Shown in pieces: positions 1 through 13,809 of a stretch of 64,000 nucleotides of DNA. The notes under the pieces are model-generated. The model searched no databases. It saw only the letters and a list, made by a program, of their open reading frames with translations, and was not told the origin of the DNA. The DNA lies in the NCBI GenBank assembly GCA_964016885.1, contig OZ024742.1:148676001-148740000 (forward strand), read 5' to 3'. The position numbers were made by a program, and so were the translations under genes. Position 1 is the stretch's first letter; each line of letters begins with the position of its first letter. This DNA is from Eledone cirrhosa (Eukaryota).

Positions 1-329
1 TGGGGTGCTTCCTGGTTTTGCGACGGTCTGCCCGCACCTAACTGAGTTGTTGTTATTAGTGGTGGTGGTGATAGTATTGCTACTATGTGATAATGGAACG
101 TAGGAGGTGCCATTACTGGCTGTTTATGAGGAGGAACTAGTACTAGGGAAGAAAGGGCTTCAAATGATAATCACTTCCCATTAACTGGTACGTAAAGACA
201 ACGCCGACTTGAATTTTATTTTAACAAAAATTCATTAAATTATTTTCGAATTTCAGCCCCGAACGGTGAGAAACAAAAGGAAACAGAAAACTCAACAATA
301 TTAATCCCCTAAAAGGATAATTATTTTAA

Positions 330-1367
330 CAACAAAAGATCATACTCCATTACAAAAGATGCACAATGATACAGTAATGGACTACAAATTTCAGAAGTCC
401 CATTTACTGCTGAAATGGAAAACACAGAAAAAGCAAAGCAGGTAAAAGTAACTGCAAGAAAGAACTGACACAGAAACTGGCTAAGAAATGGCAAGAAAAG
501 CCTCTGTATGGAAAATACCCAGAACGAGCTAACAATCCTGATGTTGACAAAACTTTAACCCATCAGTGGTTGGCATCCTCTGGACTGAAATCGGAGACTG
601 ATGGACTGATTATATCAGCACAAGATCAGTGTCTGCCAACAAAAAATTACCAAGCCAACATAATAAAAAATGGATGCAGCCCATTATACCGTGTATGTAA
701 AAAACAACCAGAGACCATTGACCATATAATTTCAATGTGCAGTCCTATAGCTCCAACCGAATACCTAAACAGGCATGACAGAGCTGCACAATACATACAT
801 TGGATAATGTGTAAGCATTTTGACCTGCCCATCAAAAGAATTGGTGGGAGCATCAACCACCTCCCATACTTGAAAAAGATCACATCTCAATCTTGTGGAA
901 CTTTAGCATCCAAACAGACCGAAAAATAGATGCAAATAGACCTGATATAATACTGAAGGACTTTAAAAAGAGGGTATGCCTGCTGATTGATATTTCCGTT
1001 CCAATAGACAAGAATGTATCTATAAAAACATTTGAAAAATTGAGCAAGTAATTGGAAATTGAGAACTAAAACAATACCAGTGGTTGTAGGCGCTCTAGGA
1101 ATGATACCTAAGGGGTCTAATGATTACTTATCGCAAATCCCAGGAAACCCGCGTATAGGAGAAATACAAAAGATAGTACTAATGGGAACTGCCCATATAC
1201 TAAGGAAGATTCTGTCAATATAAGTACATCACAAGTCTAAACACCTAAAGATGCATGTGTGAGTATGTATGTTCTTTCTTGAACATGGCGGACCTTGTTG
1301 TCTCTTGAGGTCACTGGTTGTGACTTGGTGATAACTCGTATGAACATAAAGCAAGATAAATGCAGCT

Positions 1368-1368
<1 letters not shown>
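330..1368 (+). mobile_element. R4/Dong-like RLE non-LTR retrotransposon, 3' fragment (family 1)
   Basis: LKSETDGLIISAQDQ, zinc-finger remnant RVCKKQPETIDHIISMC, RHDRAAQYIHW, then RPDIILKD..LIDISVP in a shifted frame; 3'UTR runs into (TAA)n at 1369-1425. Confidence 0.85.
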
Positions 1369-1428
<60 letters not shown>

Positions 1429-1676
1429 TTTCTTTATTAACCACAAGGGTTTACATAAAGTAGACATTAAGGACAGTGCAGGACAATACAGGACGGTACA
1501 AATGGGCATTTCTGCGTGTAAAAAACAAAAACAGAGGATGTAACAAAAAATAACAATGAAAAATTCCCCAATAGGGGGGAGACTTCGGAGGGACATTTGT
1601 GGAGAAAGCCCAGTAAAAGGCCACAATGACCCTGACCACCAAGGCAAGTGCCCTCTCCCAGTTTTCCACCTTTAAT

Positions 1677-4215
1677 TTACAGATATATACTCAGAGTAGG
1701 ACCATTCACTCGGGCCATTCTTGCTTCTCTCACCCATCTTTCAACAAAATGCTGGGAAGAGAGCACTTCCCTCTCTACTCTGATTTTCCTTTTCAAATGA
1801 AATTTGAAAAAGTCAATCAGAGCATCACCGAAGAGGTAAGTGCTCGTCTTCAGCCCTTTCAAACGTGTCCACCATACTATCTCTTTCGCCATGGCCACCA
1901 GACAAATAAAAACTGCCTGCCCTTCCCGGCTAAAGGAGGAGGGCGGGGCAATCCACACGATGGACTCAGATGATAGCCGGATCCGTCCTAAACGCGACAG
2001 CAGGTGTTCGACATAAACCCACAAGTCAGCAATTTTCGGACACTGGACGAGTGCGTGCAGGACGGTTTCGTCGCCCTGCGCGCATCTCGGACATGCCCGG
2101 CTGACGGCACCTCCATGCCTGTAGAGTTTATCCCGAACTGGCAAGGCTCCTCGGTAGCACTGCCAGGCCAGAGATTTCTGGAAGTTGTCCATAGGCCCTG
2201 GCCCGAAAGTTCTTCCGAAGAGATTGGCTAGTTGATTTTCGTCGACGCCTAGAGTTTCCCCAAGTACGTCGTCGCTCTTCCCCTCCACTAATCCTCTATA
2301 GAACGCCGAGGTGGAGTTTCCACCGATCACATTGCCCGATTGGTCGAGGGCTGTGAGCGCCTGAAGACATTCCAGTCTCCAGGCGCTCCCTCTCGGTCTT
2401 CGTTTGACCCAGGACTGCAGCTCCGTCAAGGAAACGAGCTGGGGAAATACGTGTCTAGCAAACGGCGACCACACCTGATCACCGTCGAGGAAGAGGTGGA
2501 GATGTCGTAGCCTGAGCGCGTGCCTGCGCATCATCAGCCACGGCATGCCCAGCCCTCCACGTGGCGGGTGTGACAACAGATGGACCGCCTGACCATCGGA
2601 GCGCGTCCCTTCCACAAAAAGCGAAAGAGCAAACGCTCCAGCGCAGTCAGGCGAAGCTTAGGACAAGGTACGACGGTCAGGCGGTAGCAGATGACAGACG
2701 CGATGTACGCGTTAGCCACCTCCGCTCGACCTTTCAGGGATAGCTTCCTCTCCGCCCATTTCTGGGTGAGAGAAGCCACCCTGATCGTCACCTCGTCCCA
2801 GTTTTTGTCCGTCTGGAGGTCCGGACCGAACCAGACCCCTAGCAATTTAACCGGTCCGTCCGTCCAGCGTCCAACGACGCTGTTGGACGGCATGGACCTG
2901 CCTCTCCAGGTGCCGAGCTGCAGGCCCACTGACTTTTCCTGGTTGATCATTGCTCCTGTCACCGCTTCGTATTCTCTTAGTGTAGTGCCGATCGCCTCGA
3001 TGTGTTTGGCGTTCGACACCACTACGGTGACATCGTCCGCATATGCTGACACGGATCTTCCGCATCCTAGTTCGCGCGGGACGCCCCTCAACGTCTCCAG
3101 TTTGTGCAGTAATGGCTCGAGAGTCAATACGTACAAGAGGGACGAGAGGGGACATCCTTGGCGGACCGAGCGCATGATGTTGAACGGTTCCGACAGGTGA
3201 CCGTTCACTCTCACCACAGAGCAGATGTCGCTGTGCATGGCAGCGATCCAGCCTCTGAAGACGGGCCCAAAGCCATCCGCCCTCAGGACTGCCGCTAGGT
3301 AACGATGGTCGACCCTATCGAAAGCTTTCGACTGATCTAAATTGATCAAGGACCCACCCGTGCCAGGTTCCCTAGCTACCCTCTCTACGATGTATCGCAT
3401 GAGGTGGAGGTTGTCGTGGATGGATCTGTCGGGAATGGCGCATGTCTGCGCCTCTCCCACCAGACCACCAACGACAAGCGCCAACCTCTTTGCTAGCACC
3501 TTGGCCAAAATCTTGAACTCTGTGTTTAGCAGAGTTATGGGCCGGAAATTATCTATGTTATCCCCCTTGTTCGGATCCTTTCTCAGCAGTGCCACCGCTC
3601 CTCGGCTCACAGAACTGGGAATTCTCCCGTTCTGTTGCCAGTTGCAGTAGACGTCGGCCAAGAGGCCTCCGAACAAGTCTGGCATCTGTACGTAAAGTTC
3701 ATAGGGCAGACCATCCAAACCAGGCGATTTACACCTTGTGCATCCAGTCATTGCCTCCCTTACTTCAGCGGCTGTTATCGGCTTTTCGCAACACTTCGCC
3801 TCAGTGGCGAGTTATCACCTCAGTGTGCATCTAAGATCCCGTTCCAGTCGCCCACTAACACTAAAGAGCGGGACGTTCCAAGAAAGGTCTCCAGACGCCG
3901 GAAGAAATCAGGCCGCCCTGCTCCTGTCGGGGCATAGACGGCCACTAGCCTGAAAGCTTGCCTGTCTCCGCTGGTCACGTCCAGCACCACCAGCTTACCC
4001 TCTGGGTCCAGGAAGATGGCCCGTATGGCGAGATCCAAACCTCTCCGAAAAAGCACAGCAACTGCTCCCCCCGATCCAGGACGGCAGGGATATGCGTACA
4101 CATCGTAGCCGCCGAAGATCGGTGCGAAGGCCCGTGCTTCGGAGATTCTGGTCTCGCTGATGGCCACTACATCTATGTTTAGTGACCTGAGGTCGTTGAG
4201 CAGGTGACCCTGCCT
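1677..4215 (-). pseudogene. Tx1 ORF2 (partial APE endonuclease, RT, CCHC), frameshifted and deleted
   Basis: AISETR, VYAP, GDWN (APE); NFRPITLLN, LDQSKAFDRVDH, VRQGCPLS, YADD, KLLG (RT); CPRC..ETVLHALVQC. APE joins directly to the pre-RT region at ~3820. Confidence 0.92.
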
Positions 4216-4267
4216 ATTCTGAGTGAGGTCATGTTTAAAATAGAGTGGAAAAGATGGGAAAGACCAC

Positions 4268-6365
4268 TTACCGTACTTTTAGTAGAGGAGGGATGGTTTT
4301 TACATCTCTTTTCACTTGATCGTCTGGTGAAGGGACCGTTGAATCGTCCCTTCGGCTGGTCGTCGGCTCTTCTATGAGTATGTCCGAATATACTCTTCGA
4401 TTGATAGTTCCTCCTAGGTCCCTGAAATCACCAACTGCGTTGGGGAATTTCCTTTTAATGTTTGTGTATTGTTTCTGTGCTATTTTTAGCAGTCTTATGT
4501 TAGTTGGCGTTTTGATTGGTGCTGGTATTATGTAGTCGTGTTGTGAAATGTCTGTGTTCAATTATGTAAGTCATTAGTTTCTTGTTGTGTGTATTTATTG
4601 CCGTGCATTTGTTTTTCTGGGGGTGGGGTGTGTTTCTGCTTTTTTCTTGTCGTTGTTGTTGGGTGTGTGTGTTTTGCTGTTGTGTTTTCGATGTTGGTGC
4701 TTGTGGTGGTGGTGTTGAAGGTGTTGTTGGCGGTGGGGTTGTCGCCGGTGGTGATGGTGGGGCTAGTGTGGGTGGTGATGGTGTTGGTGGTGTTGCTGCT
4801 GTGAGTCTCTTTGCAGTAGACTTTACCCTTTTCTCATTTCTTTCCTCCCTTTTCAAAGGCGACGATGCGCTGCTTCTGCGTTTGTGCCTTCTTACGACCT
4901 TTTACCATCCCTCTCCCACCTCACACTCCATGTCTGATTCTGTGAGGTCGGGGAGGGGTACCAGCTCCACTCTTTCACTTGTTGTTGGTGATGTTTGCAC
5001 TGGAGTCTCTGTTGCAGCTGCATTTGGTATTGCTGTTGTTGTTGTTAATATTTCCACTGCTGCTGCTGTTTTTGATTTCCGTGGCGTGGGTATGGGTGCC
5101 ACGGACCTATCGTTCCTGGTTGCCGCTTGTCCTGTTGCTGGTAGCCGTGGAGCTGGTTTCGGAAGGAGGGGGGGTTTCTCCTTTCTCAGGGTCTTCTCGT
5201 TGCAGAAGACCCTGAGGTGAGTCTTCGATCCACAGCGAAAGCATTTCGGGCGTTTGTCCTCAACACTTATGGGCAGTTGAGTGCCGTTATCGAAGTCTAT
5301 CACATCCGGGATAGCTTCGATGCACTCCTGATTGGTTTGGATTAGCATCTCAATGGAGGTGCCGACCCAATCTTCTCTTACTTTTTTCTGTACTTGCAGT
5401 ACAGTTGTTTTGTCCTCGATTCCGACGAGGACAGACGCGGCCAGCCAAGAAGGGGCCATCCCGGGGGGGACGTGGGTCAGTTTGACCCTCACAATTTTTT
5501 GCCCGCAGTAGGAGGGCACCAACACCATTTCCTCGCTCCTTAGGGTCACTACGGATTGAGCCTTTGCCTCCTGGGGTGTGGCAAAAAGTACGTCTACGGT
5601 GGCATATTTTTTGCCTCGGGTGATGTGCGTTTTCCGCTGCCACACTGACCCCTAGGCTTTTTGTATTTGAGCCTCTGTGGCTCTTTCGACCCTACGGGAT
5701 TTTGTACTTACTGTACGGTACGTGACCGTACAGTGCTGTTGGGTTTCGAAAAAATTTTCCGCTGCCTTGCAGATTGCTCGGTGTCCAGTCTTTGTCACCA
5801 TCTTCTTCGCTTCCTCTAATTCCTCATTTGTTATGAGGATTGTTTCCAGGTTTTTCGCAATACCTGCAAATGAGATTGGTTTTTCTTTGCTGCTGTTGTT
5901 GTTGTTGTCGTCAGAGCTGCTGTTACTTTTGTTGTTGCTGCAGGTACTACGACTACTGTCTCCGCCGCTGTTGCTGTGGTTGTTGTTGGTGTTGCTGCTG
6001 CTAATGCTGTTGTTGTTTATGCTGCTGGTGATGCTGTTGCGGCTGCTACTGTTGTTTTCATCGTCACTGTTGCTGTTGTTATTACGGCTGCTACTGCTAT
6101 TATTCCTGACGTCAGACGAATGAACTGGGTTTTCGTATTTCCCGCACACCTGTTTCGTCGTTGTCGTCGTCGTCGTGGAGAAATCTTGCACGCTTTGCAC
6201 GAGACTTTTCTTTTTTGTCGTCGCTTGCGAAAGAGAAGGGAGGGAGAGAGACACATTTAAAGAAGGGAGGGAGAGAGACAATCTTCTCTGTGCTGTAGTG
6301 ATGATTGAGGAAGAAGAAGACGGAATGAGTGGGAGTGACCTATGAAAATTCTTTTTCGTAGCCAT
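4268..6365 (-). pseudogene. Tx1 ORF1 (gag-like), interrupted by stops
   Basis: Zinc knuckle CFRCGSKTHLRVFC; Asn/Ser-rich and Pro/Thr-rich stretches; stops at 5652 and 4902; lies upstream of ORF2. Confidence 0.8.
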
Positions 6366-6600
6366 GTTGTTTTTTTTGTTTAAAATAAATATTGGGCACA
6401 AAACCCCAATAAGCAGTTATTTAACCCCGAAGGGCCAAATAACGGGCAGAAAGACCCCTCTCACGAGGAGGAGGGTGTTTTTGTCTACAAGTTCGTTAAA
6501 GTTTTAAACAATTTACAATTGTTATAGCGTTCAAAATTTACAATACCTTACAGAGCCGAGCCTCCGTCAACCATAGCATTCAATAATAATAATAATAATA

Positions 6601-7165
6601 ATGAGACATGATGTGATGGGCAGGGTGATCCACTGGCACCTGTGCAAAGTAAACAACAATTTACCACATTCTGAGAAATGGTATGAGCATAAGCCAGAGG
6701 CGGTGATGGAGAACGATCAGGTGAAGGTGCTGTGGGATTTTAGGATACAGACGGACAAGAAACTGGAACACAATAGACCTGACCTGGTGGTTGTGGACAA
6801 AGAAAAAAGATCGTGTCTGATTGTGGATGTGGCCTGCCCATCCGACACGAGAGTGCAAGAGAAGGAGAGGGAGAAAATTAACCGATACCAGGACTTAAAG
6901 TGGGAGGTAAAAAGGATTTGGAACTGCCATGAAGTCAAAGTGATCCCGATTGTCATAGGCGCACTAAGTACTATCTCCAAAAGTTTCCAGGGATGGTTAA
7001 AGAAAATCGGCCCCTTCACGCTTTTTGGAACGCTTCAAAAGGCATGCTTGCTGGGAATAGCAAGAACCCTCCGATACGTCCTGAATATCTGAGGCTGCAG
7101 GTAGTGGCTTGATATTCATTCCAACGGACTTTCCAGTTAACTAACATCAATGACTGAGATTCAAG

Positions 7166-7167
<2 letters not shown>
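6601..7167 (+). mobile_element. R4/Dong-like RLE LINE, 5'-truncated (family 2)
   Basis: Open frame RHDVMGRVIHW..LWDF..RPDLVVVD..VDVACP..KINRY (PD-(D/E)xK nuclease); TAA tracts on both sides. Confidence 0.9.
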
Positions 7168-7211
<44 letters not shown>

Positions 7212-8280
7212 TGGGTTAGGGACCTTACGCATTTAGAAAACTATTATAAAATATCTACTGTAAGACTACAAAAACACCTAATGAACAATAATGAAGAGTT
7301 AGCTACGAAAGATGAACAAAATATAAAGATTGTTTTCTGTCTTCAAGGAAGCCAACAAGTACAAAACAGAAGCTGAATTGACAGATAGTTATGAAAAGAA
7401 GAATAAAAAAAAGAAGAAACAACAGAAATGATGAAAAATCTAATATCTAAATTGAAAATAGATCTCCAAAATGTCATTGTTAAAATGATGCCAAGAAAAT
7501 CTCCTATGTGACTAATACCCGAAAAGGCGGAATAGGGAGGAAATAAATAAAGCAAGATCACACACTGACTAAGAAGCATTGAACTCAAAACTATGACTGA
7601 AGGATTCCTAATTGCAGCACAAGATAAACCGTCCTACACAAGAAAACACTAAAAGTATATAATGAAGCAGAACACGGCAAGTAACATCAGAATATGTGGA
7701 GATGGAGGAGAAGCAATCAATCACTTTATTTCTGGCAGACATGAAAAAGTTGAGATTTACATACTTTGGAAGTTTTGCCAACATTACGAAATACCAACTG
7801 AAAAAACGTGGTACATTTATACACTAGAAAAGGGGTCAAGCAAAGACACACCAATTATATTCTGGGATACGTCAGTGCACACAGATAGGGACATAAAAGC
7901 CAATCAGTCAGATATTTTAGTCAAATACAACAACAAAAGGGAATTCCACTTGATTGACTCATCAGTCCTTATAAAAGTCATTGTATATATCAAAGAAATG
8001 GAGAAATTATCCAGATATAAAGATCTGGCGATAGAAATAACCCGAATGTGAATGTTGAATACAGAAACAATTTCTACAATGTGCTCTGTGAGTGATAAAA
8101 GACACGTAGACAGACACATAACCAAAACACAGGAAAATAGTACTACCAGACACTGCACACATATTACAACGAGTAGTTATAATACAATGCATACAACAAT
8201 ACCAAAACCAACTCTGCACAAACTCAAGCAAGATGCACAGAGCTGTGTAGTTGGTAAAGACAGTACACAATGAAAAAATA
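7212..8280 (+). mobile_element. Degenerate R4-like RLE LINE 3' fragment
   Basis: EGFLIAAQD-like remnant, RHEKV..W, FWDTSVHTDRDIKANQSDILV..LID. Confidence 0.7.
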
Positions 8281-8289
8281 CTACATATT

Positions 8290-8940
8290 CTAATATTGGC
8301 ACGAGGCTTACAGTTTGCTGAAGGGGAAGATTGGTTATATCGATTATATTCAACTAGAACTTTATTTTATCGAACCTGGAAAAATGAAAGGCAAAATTGA
8401 CCTCGGTGGGATTTAAATTCAGAACGTAAAGAGCCAGAATGCTAAGTATTTGTCTGACGCTCTAACGACTCTGCCAACCCATGGCCCTTTAATGAATTCT
8501 ACTGGCAAGGCCAGTAATTTTGGAGAGGAGAAAATTGATTAAATCGACTCCAATACTTGACTGGTATTTTATTTTTTTTACCCCGGAAGGATGAAAGGCA
8601 AAGTTGACCTCGGTGAGAATTAAACTCAGAACGTAAAGAACCGGAACCACAAAGTGTTTTGCCCATCGTTTTAATGTTTCTGTCCCGTTCTTGCCTAAAT
8701 GCGGTGGATGAGGTGATATAAGAAGTTACAAAACAATGGGAAAGGTTACAAAGGATGTGAGGAGTAAGAGAGAAGTAATGAGAAAAGGATATAGAGGAAG
8801 AATCGACCTCATGACTGGAGAGATACTTATTTTATCGACCCCGAAAGGATGAAGAGTAAAATTGACTTGAATGGGATTTGAATTCAGTGTGCAGAGAGCC
8901 GGAACGAATACCGCAAAGTATTCTATCCGAAGATTAAAAA
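8290..8940 (-). mobile_element. Three degenerate copies of the tRNA-derived SINE
   Basis: Recurring atgaaaggcaaa(a/g)ttgacctcgg..aactcagaacgtaaag at ~8385, ~8590 and ~8850. Confidence 0.75.
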
Positions 8941-9634
8941 TTTAATATAGCAAAATACTATAAAATATGTTTTTTTTTATTTATTGGTTATATTATTCCT
9001 TGTTTCTTTTGTACCCTGTTTTTTTTTAATTCAGTAGAATTATCGTCATCGCCTGAGCTATTACATTTCGTGGAGTTGTAATTCTTTTAATGTACGACAA
9101 TACTTAAATTAAATTGTCTTGAACATGTACAAGTACACTTCTAAAACATGTTCTATTTGGTCTTTATAAATCACTTAAAATTCTCACAACTAACTCCACA
9201 TTTTCTGATACACTAGGTACAATATATTTCCTATTCGCTTTTATACTCATAAGTCGCTTTTTTATGACCTTTTAGACGTGGTATTAAATGAAAATTGCAA
9301 TAAATTCGGAGAAATAAAGAAATACTAAGAACAATTGCACAAATTAAAACAAAACTTTCATATGATGAACTACTACGAAATTTGAGAGACTCAAATCTAG
9401 CAAGTTTTTTGGTATTTAGATTTGAATGGTGGTAAAAGAGGCTTCTTACAATTTTCTCTTAGCCAGGAACTATTCCATGTTTTAACCCAGTTGCAATGAT
9501 GTGTAATAGTGGAACGTGCAATACTGATGTTTGTGAACAGCACATAGAATATTTTACAGCTTAGAACGTTGGTGCAGCTTTTTCTTCTTTAGAAAGTTTG
9601 ATTTTTTAAAACACACCTCTCTTGTGTATACTGA

Positions 9635-9820
9635 TTTCTAATCTAAACACAAGGCCTGCAATTTGTGGTGGGGGATGATTATATCGACTAAAGTATTTGA
9701 CTGGTAATTTATTTCATCAACTCCAGAAGGATAAAAGGCAAAATTAATCTCGACGCGATTTGAACTCAAAATGTAAAAACATTTTATATGACGATCTAAA
9801 GATTCTGCCAATCTATCGCC
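9635..9820 (-). mobile_element. tRNA-derived SINE, degenerate
   Basis: Similar to the intact copy at 49538. Confidence 0.7.
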
Positions 9821-10129
9821 CTCCTGTTTTATCTATATTAAAAAAATTATCACGGTTGTCCTCTATTTCCAATAAGACTTTTAAGTAAAATTGGAAAAGC
9901 AGCTGCGGCTTTGTCAGTATTTGCAGAGTCACTTGTGCATTTTACGCGATTCTTAAAGCACTCAAACCAAAAAGAACTTAACACAAAGTTTTCACTTTTA
10001 GTTTTAGAACCCTATTGTTTTCATTCAGTGATCAAATAAATGTATAGCTTTCATTTGTATGGCAAGTAGAGAACAGAAAGAATTAAGATGATACATAAAG
10101 TCCGTCCGTATATTTAAAGGTATTCATGA

Positions 10130-10280
10130 CTTTTCTCGTTAGAACGTCGGATAGAATGCTTTGCAGTATTCATTTCGACGTTCTCTGAGTTCAAATCCCG
10201 CGAAGGTTATCTTTCCTTTCATCATTTCGAGGTTGATAAAAAAAAAAAAAGTACCAATCCACTACTGGGGTCGATTCTTT
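10130..10280 (+). mobile_element. tRNA-derived SINE, partial
   Basis: B-box gagttcaaatccc followed by cctttcatc..gataaaa..gtacca. Confidence 0.75.
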
Positions 10281-10434
10281 CTCTATTTCTTTATCACTGA
10301 AATAAATTGGCTGAAATAAAAACCTGGAGAGAGGATGGACTCCACCAAGTTTCATGTGTCCAAGACACACCATGTGTCACGATGGCACACTACGACTCCA
10401 CCAGAATTTACAGGTTCACTTATACATACATACT

Positions 10435-10728
10435 TATGGCTGCCCCCTCGTTGCACGATATAACATTATTAATGATTATCAATTAATGCTATCGTGTAAT
10501 GCCTGTGCGTGAAGTTTTTTTTTAAGTGAAGAAAGACTGTGCACTGAGCCAATCCCACTCTCTGAGCGACAGTAGCTATAACCCGAAAAGAAGAAAAGAT
10601 CAACATCATCGGTAACTACTGAGCCGCAGGTTTTATGTCGGAGTTATCCCAGTTTCCTGAGTTGCCTTCTCCTAGAAGAATGCCCTGACAAATGCTAGGG
10701 GGTCCTTCACGCCCAGTGGTTTAACCGC
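10435..10728 (-). mobile_element. CATA-associated non-autonomous retroelement, family A
   Basis: Close copy at 51849-52195; bounded by (CATA)n; ctaggagaagg motif of the kind seen in RTE-type UTRs. Orientation inferred from the tail. Confidence 0.65.
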
Positions 10729-10809
10729 ATACATACATACATACATACATACATACATACATACATACATACATACATACATACATACATACATACATAC
10801 ATACATACA

Positions 10810-11288
10810 TGGCTAAAAACTCTGCTAAGAGTACTGCAATTGCTTGGAGGATTATAGAGTTTGGTGCACTTTTAGGCTACGGCCAGTCACACAAACCTGT
10901 AACATATCCAGAACAAGCAATGCCTATGCTTTGAATGTTTTTTAAGTGGGGAAAGGCCTTGCACTCGACCAATCCACTCTCTGAGCATCGAAAACACTAC
11001 CCGAAAAGGAGAACTGGTCAACATCATTGGATGCTTCCAAAGCCGCAGGTTTTTTTTTCAGAGTTTCCCTCTCCTAGAAAGGTGTTGTGACAACAACTGG
11101 GAACCTTTCACTCCCAGGTGGAAAAAAAAAGAAAACAAAGTACTATTTGGATGGCCGTTGACTCTGCTGAGTTCCTCCGCCCTTTGCCGGGTCTTGTATT
11201 TCATCCCGCAGGGTGTCCAACTATCACCCTCCTCACCAAGCAAGCGTGGTGGGGTTGACGGTTTAGTCGCCGACGACCCGACCATGAG
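10810..11288 (-). mobile_element. CATA-associated non-autonomous retroelement, family B
   Basis: Close copy at 52536-52955; flanked by (CATA)n at 10728-10810 and 11289-11379; homologous to family A. Confidence 0.65.
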
Positions 11289-11949
11289 ACATACATACAT
11301 ACATACATACATACATACATACATACATACATACATACATACATACATACATACATACATACATACATACATACATACAAAATTTGCAAAACATTCTTGC
11401 GATTCAAGAGATGACAATTTCTTTTCTTTTATAACCTTGCCACCAGGAAGGTGGCCGGTCAAAAATGTACTCAAAATTAAGAGAAAGAGAACATATATAC
11501 AGACGTGACTCTTCTATGTAATGATAATGTTTTAAGAATTCTAAAGTTAATGCCACTGACTATTTTTCAAATTAAGACGCCAGTGACTAGGAAAGACTGC
11601 TTATTTTCATGTTCTATGGTGGCTGTTTTACTTCGTGTCTTTGCTTTGCTGTCAAAGTTAGGAGCCTTGAAAATAAACTCTTACTTCTTGGGGACAATGT
11701 TTCAGGTCATCTTCCAGGTGGTGGGGGGGACTACTTGAATATTATTTATCAAGTAATCCAGATTAAGTATCCTCTCTACTCCATTTTGTCTTTCTGTGGT
11801 ATGTATGTGTTATGCGCATCTATGTGTATTTGTGTCAATGTGTGCTTGCATGTCTGTGTGTCTTAGAGCGCTGCTACTTACACATGTTTCTGTGTTTTGG
11901 CGTGTGCATGCGTATGTATGTTTTTATACTACCGTGTTTCTCTTGCAAC

Positions 11950-12229
<280 letters not shown>

Positions 12230-12353
12230 GTCTAAGGTGGACGGATACCAATATATTCCTTTAATATTTCGTAAAAACTCAATACATGTTTCTATGGCTG
12301 GCGACTTACATTATCGTATCATGACGCAAAAATATATTAAAATAACAGATTAA

Positions 12354-12404
12354 AGTTTAAGCAAAGAATCGCTGCTTTCACCCCTAACGGGATCTTCTGA
12401 AACT
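12354..12404 (-). ncRNA. Type I hammerhead-like motif, family alpha (U4A core)
   Basis: agttt-CAGAAGA-tccc gtta ggggt-GAAA-gca(9 nt)tgc-TT-aaact. Confidence 0.65.
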
Positions 12405-12419
12405 ATTATTATTATTATT

Positions 12420-12852
12420 ACAGTTGCATTTATCCTGCTTTATGTTCATACGAGTTATCACCAAGTCACAACCAGTGACCTCAAGAGACAACAAGGTCCG
12501 CCATGTTCAAGAAAGAACACATACACACACATGCATCTTTAGGTGTTTAGACCTGTGATGTATTTATATTGACAGAATCTTCCTTAGTATATGGGCAGTT
12601 CCCATTAGTACTATATTTTGTATTTCTCCTATTTCTCCTATTCTTCCTGGGATTTGCGATAAGTAATTATTAGACCCCTTAGGTATCATTCCTAGAGCGC
12701 CTACAACCACTGGTATTGTTTTAGTTCTCAATTTCCACATTTTTCCAATTTCTATCTCCAGGTCCTTATACTTGCTCGATTTTTAAAATGTTTTTATAGA
12801 TACATTCTTTCTATTGGAACGGACATATCAATTAGCAGGCATACCCTCGTTT
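12420..12852 (-). mobile_element. R4/Dong-like family 1, short 3' copy
   Basis: Near-identical reverse complement of ~965-1368; (TTA)n on both sides. Confidence 0.9.
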
Positions 12853-12877
12853 TTTATTATTATTATTATTATTATTA

Positions 12878-13029
12878 TTCTGAGTTCAAATCCCGCCGAG
12901 GTTAACTTTGCCTTTCATCCTTACGGGGTCGATAAAATAAAGTACCAGTCACGCACTGGGGTCGATTTCAACGACGACTCCCCCCCAAAAAAAAATTGCT
13001 GGCCTTGTGCCTATATAAGAAACCATTAT

Positions 13030-13030
<1 letters not shown>
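12878..13030 (+). mobile_element. tRNA-derived SINE, 5'-truncated
   Basis: Starts at the B-box directly after (TTA)n. Confidence 0.85.
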
Positions 13031-13069
<39 letters not shown>

Positions 13070-13203
13070 ATAATAATATTTATAGTTATGTATATAGTAT
13101 AAACAACTATAAACAGGAAGGTCAGTAATTTCTTAATTACCTTATTACCAGTAAGAGAAATAGCTCAATGTATGAACATCAGTTGTTTTACAGAGCAGTT
13201 AAA

Positions 13204-13610
13204 TAAATAAATTATACAATTATCAAAGTTGTGTTCAAATCATTTAATAGCTGACAATCGTTTCTTCCAAACTCTTGTTTGGAGTTATCGGAGCATTATC
13301 AATGTTTGCAAATATAATTACCCTCCTATTCAACTGAACAATAATATAGATACATATATATTGATGTTGTGAGCAACAGTTTCGTATTTACAGGGTGGAA
13401 TATATGTCACATCCATTCCACCCTGTAAATACGAAACTGTTGCTCACAACATCAATTTATATGTATCTATATTATTATTCAGTTGAATAGGAGGGTAATT
13501 ATATGTGCAAACATTGATAATGCTCCGATAACTCCAAACAAGAGTTTGGAAGAAACGATTGTCAGCTATTAAATGATTTGAACACAACTTTGATAATTGT
13601 ATAATTTATT

Positions 13611-13612
<2 letters not shown>
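13204..13612. repeat. Near-perfect 409-bp palindrome with a hammerhead-like motif in each arm (Penelope pLTR-like)
   Basis: Arms ~200 bp centred on 13408; motifs at 13250-13294 (-) and 13522-13566 (+); TA tracts outside. Confidence 0.9.

Positions 13613-13809
<197 letters not shown>

Larger units (their letters stand above)
1427..6581 (-). mobile_element. Tx1/L1-clade LINE, near full length with internal ORF2 deletion, inside a (TAA)n tract
   Basis: ORF1 plus ORF2 (APE, RT, C-terminal zinc finger); TAA repeats on both sides (1369-1425, 6582-6602). Confidence 0.92.

Noticed and set aside
2004-6260. Plus-strand ORFs overlapping the Tx1 element
   Set aside because: Antisense shadows of ORF1 and ORF2 with no independent motifs
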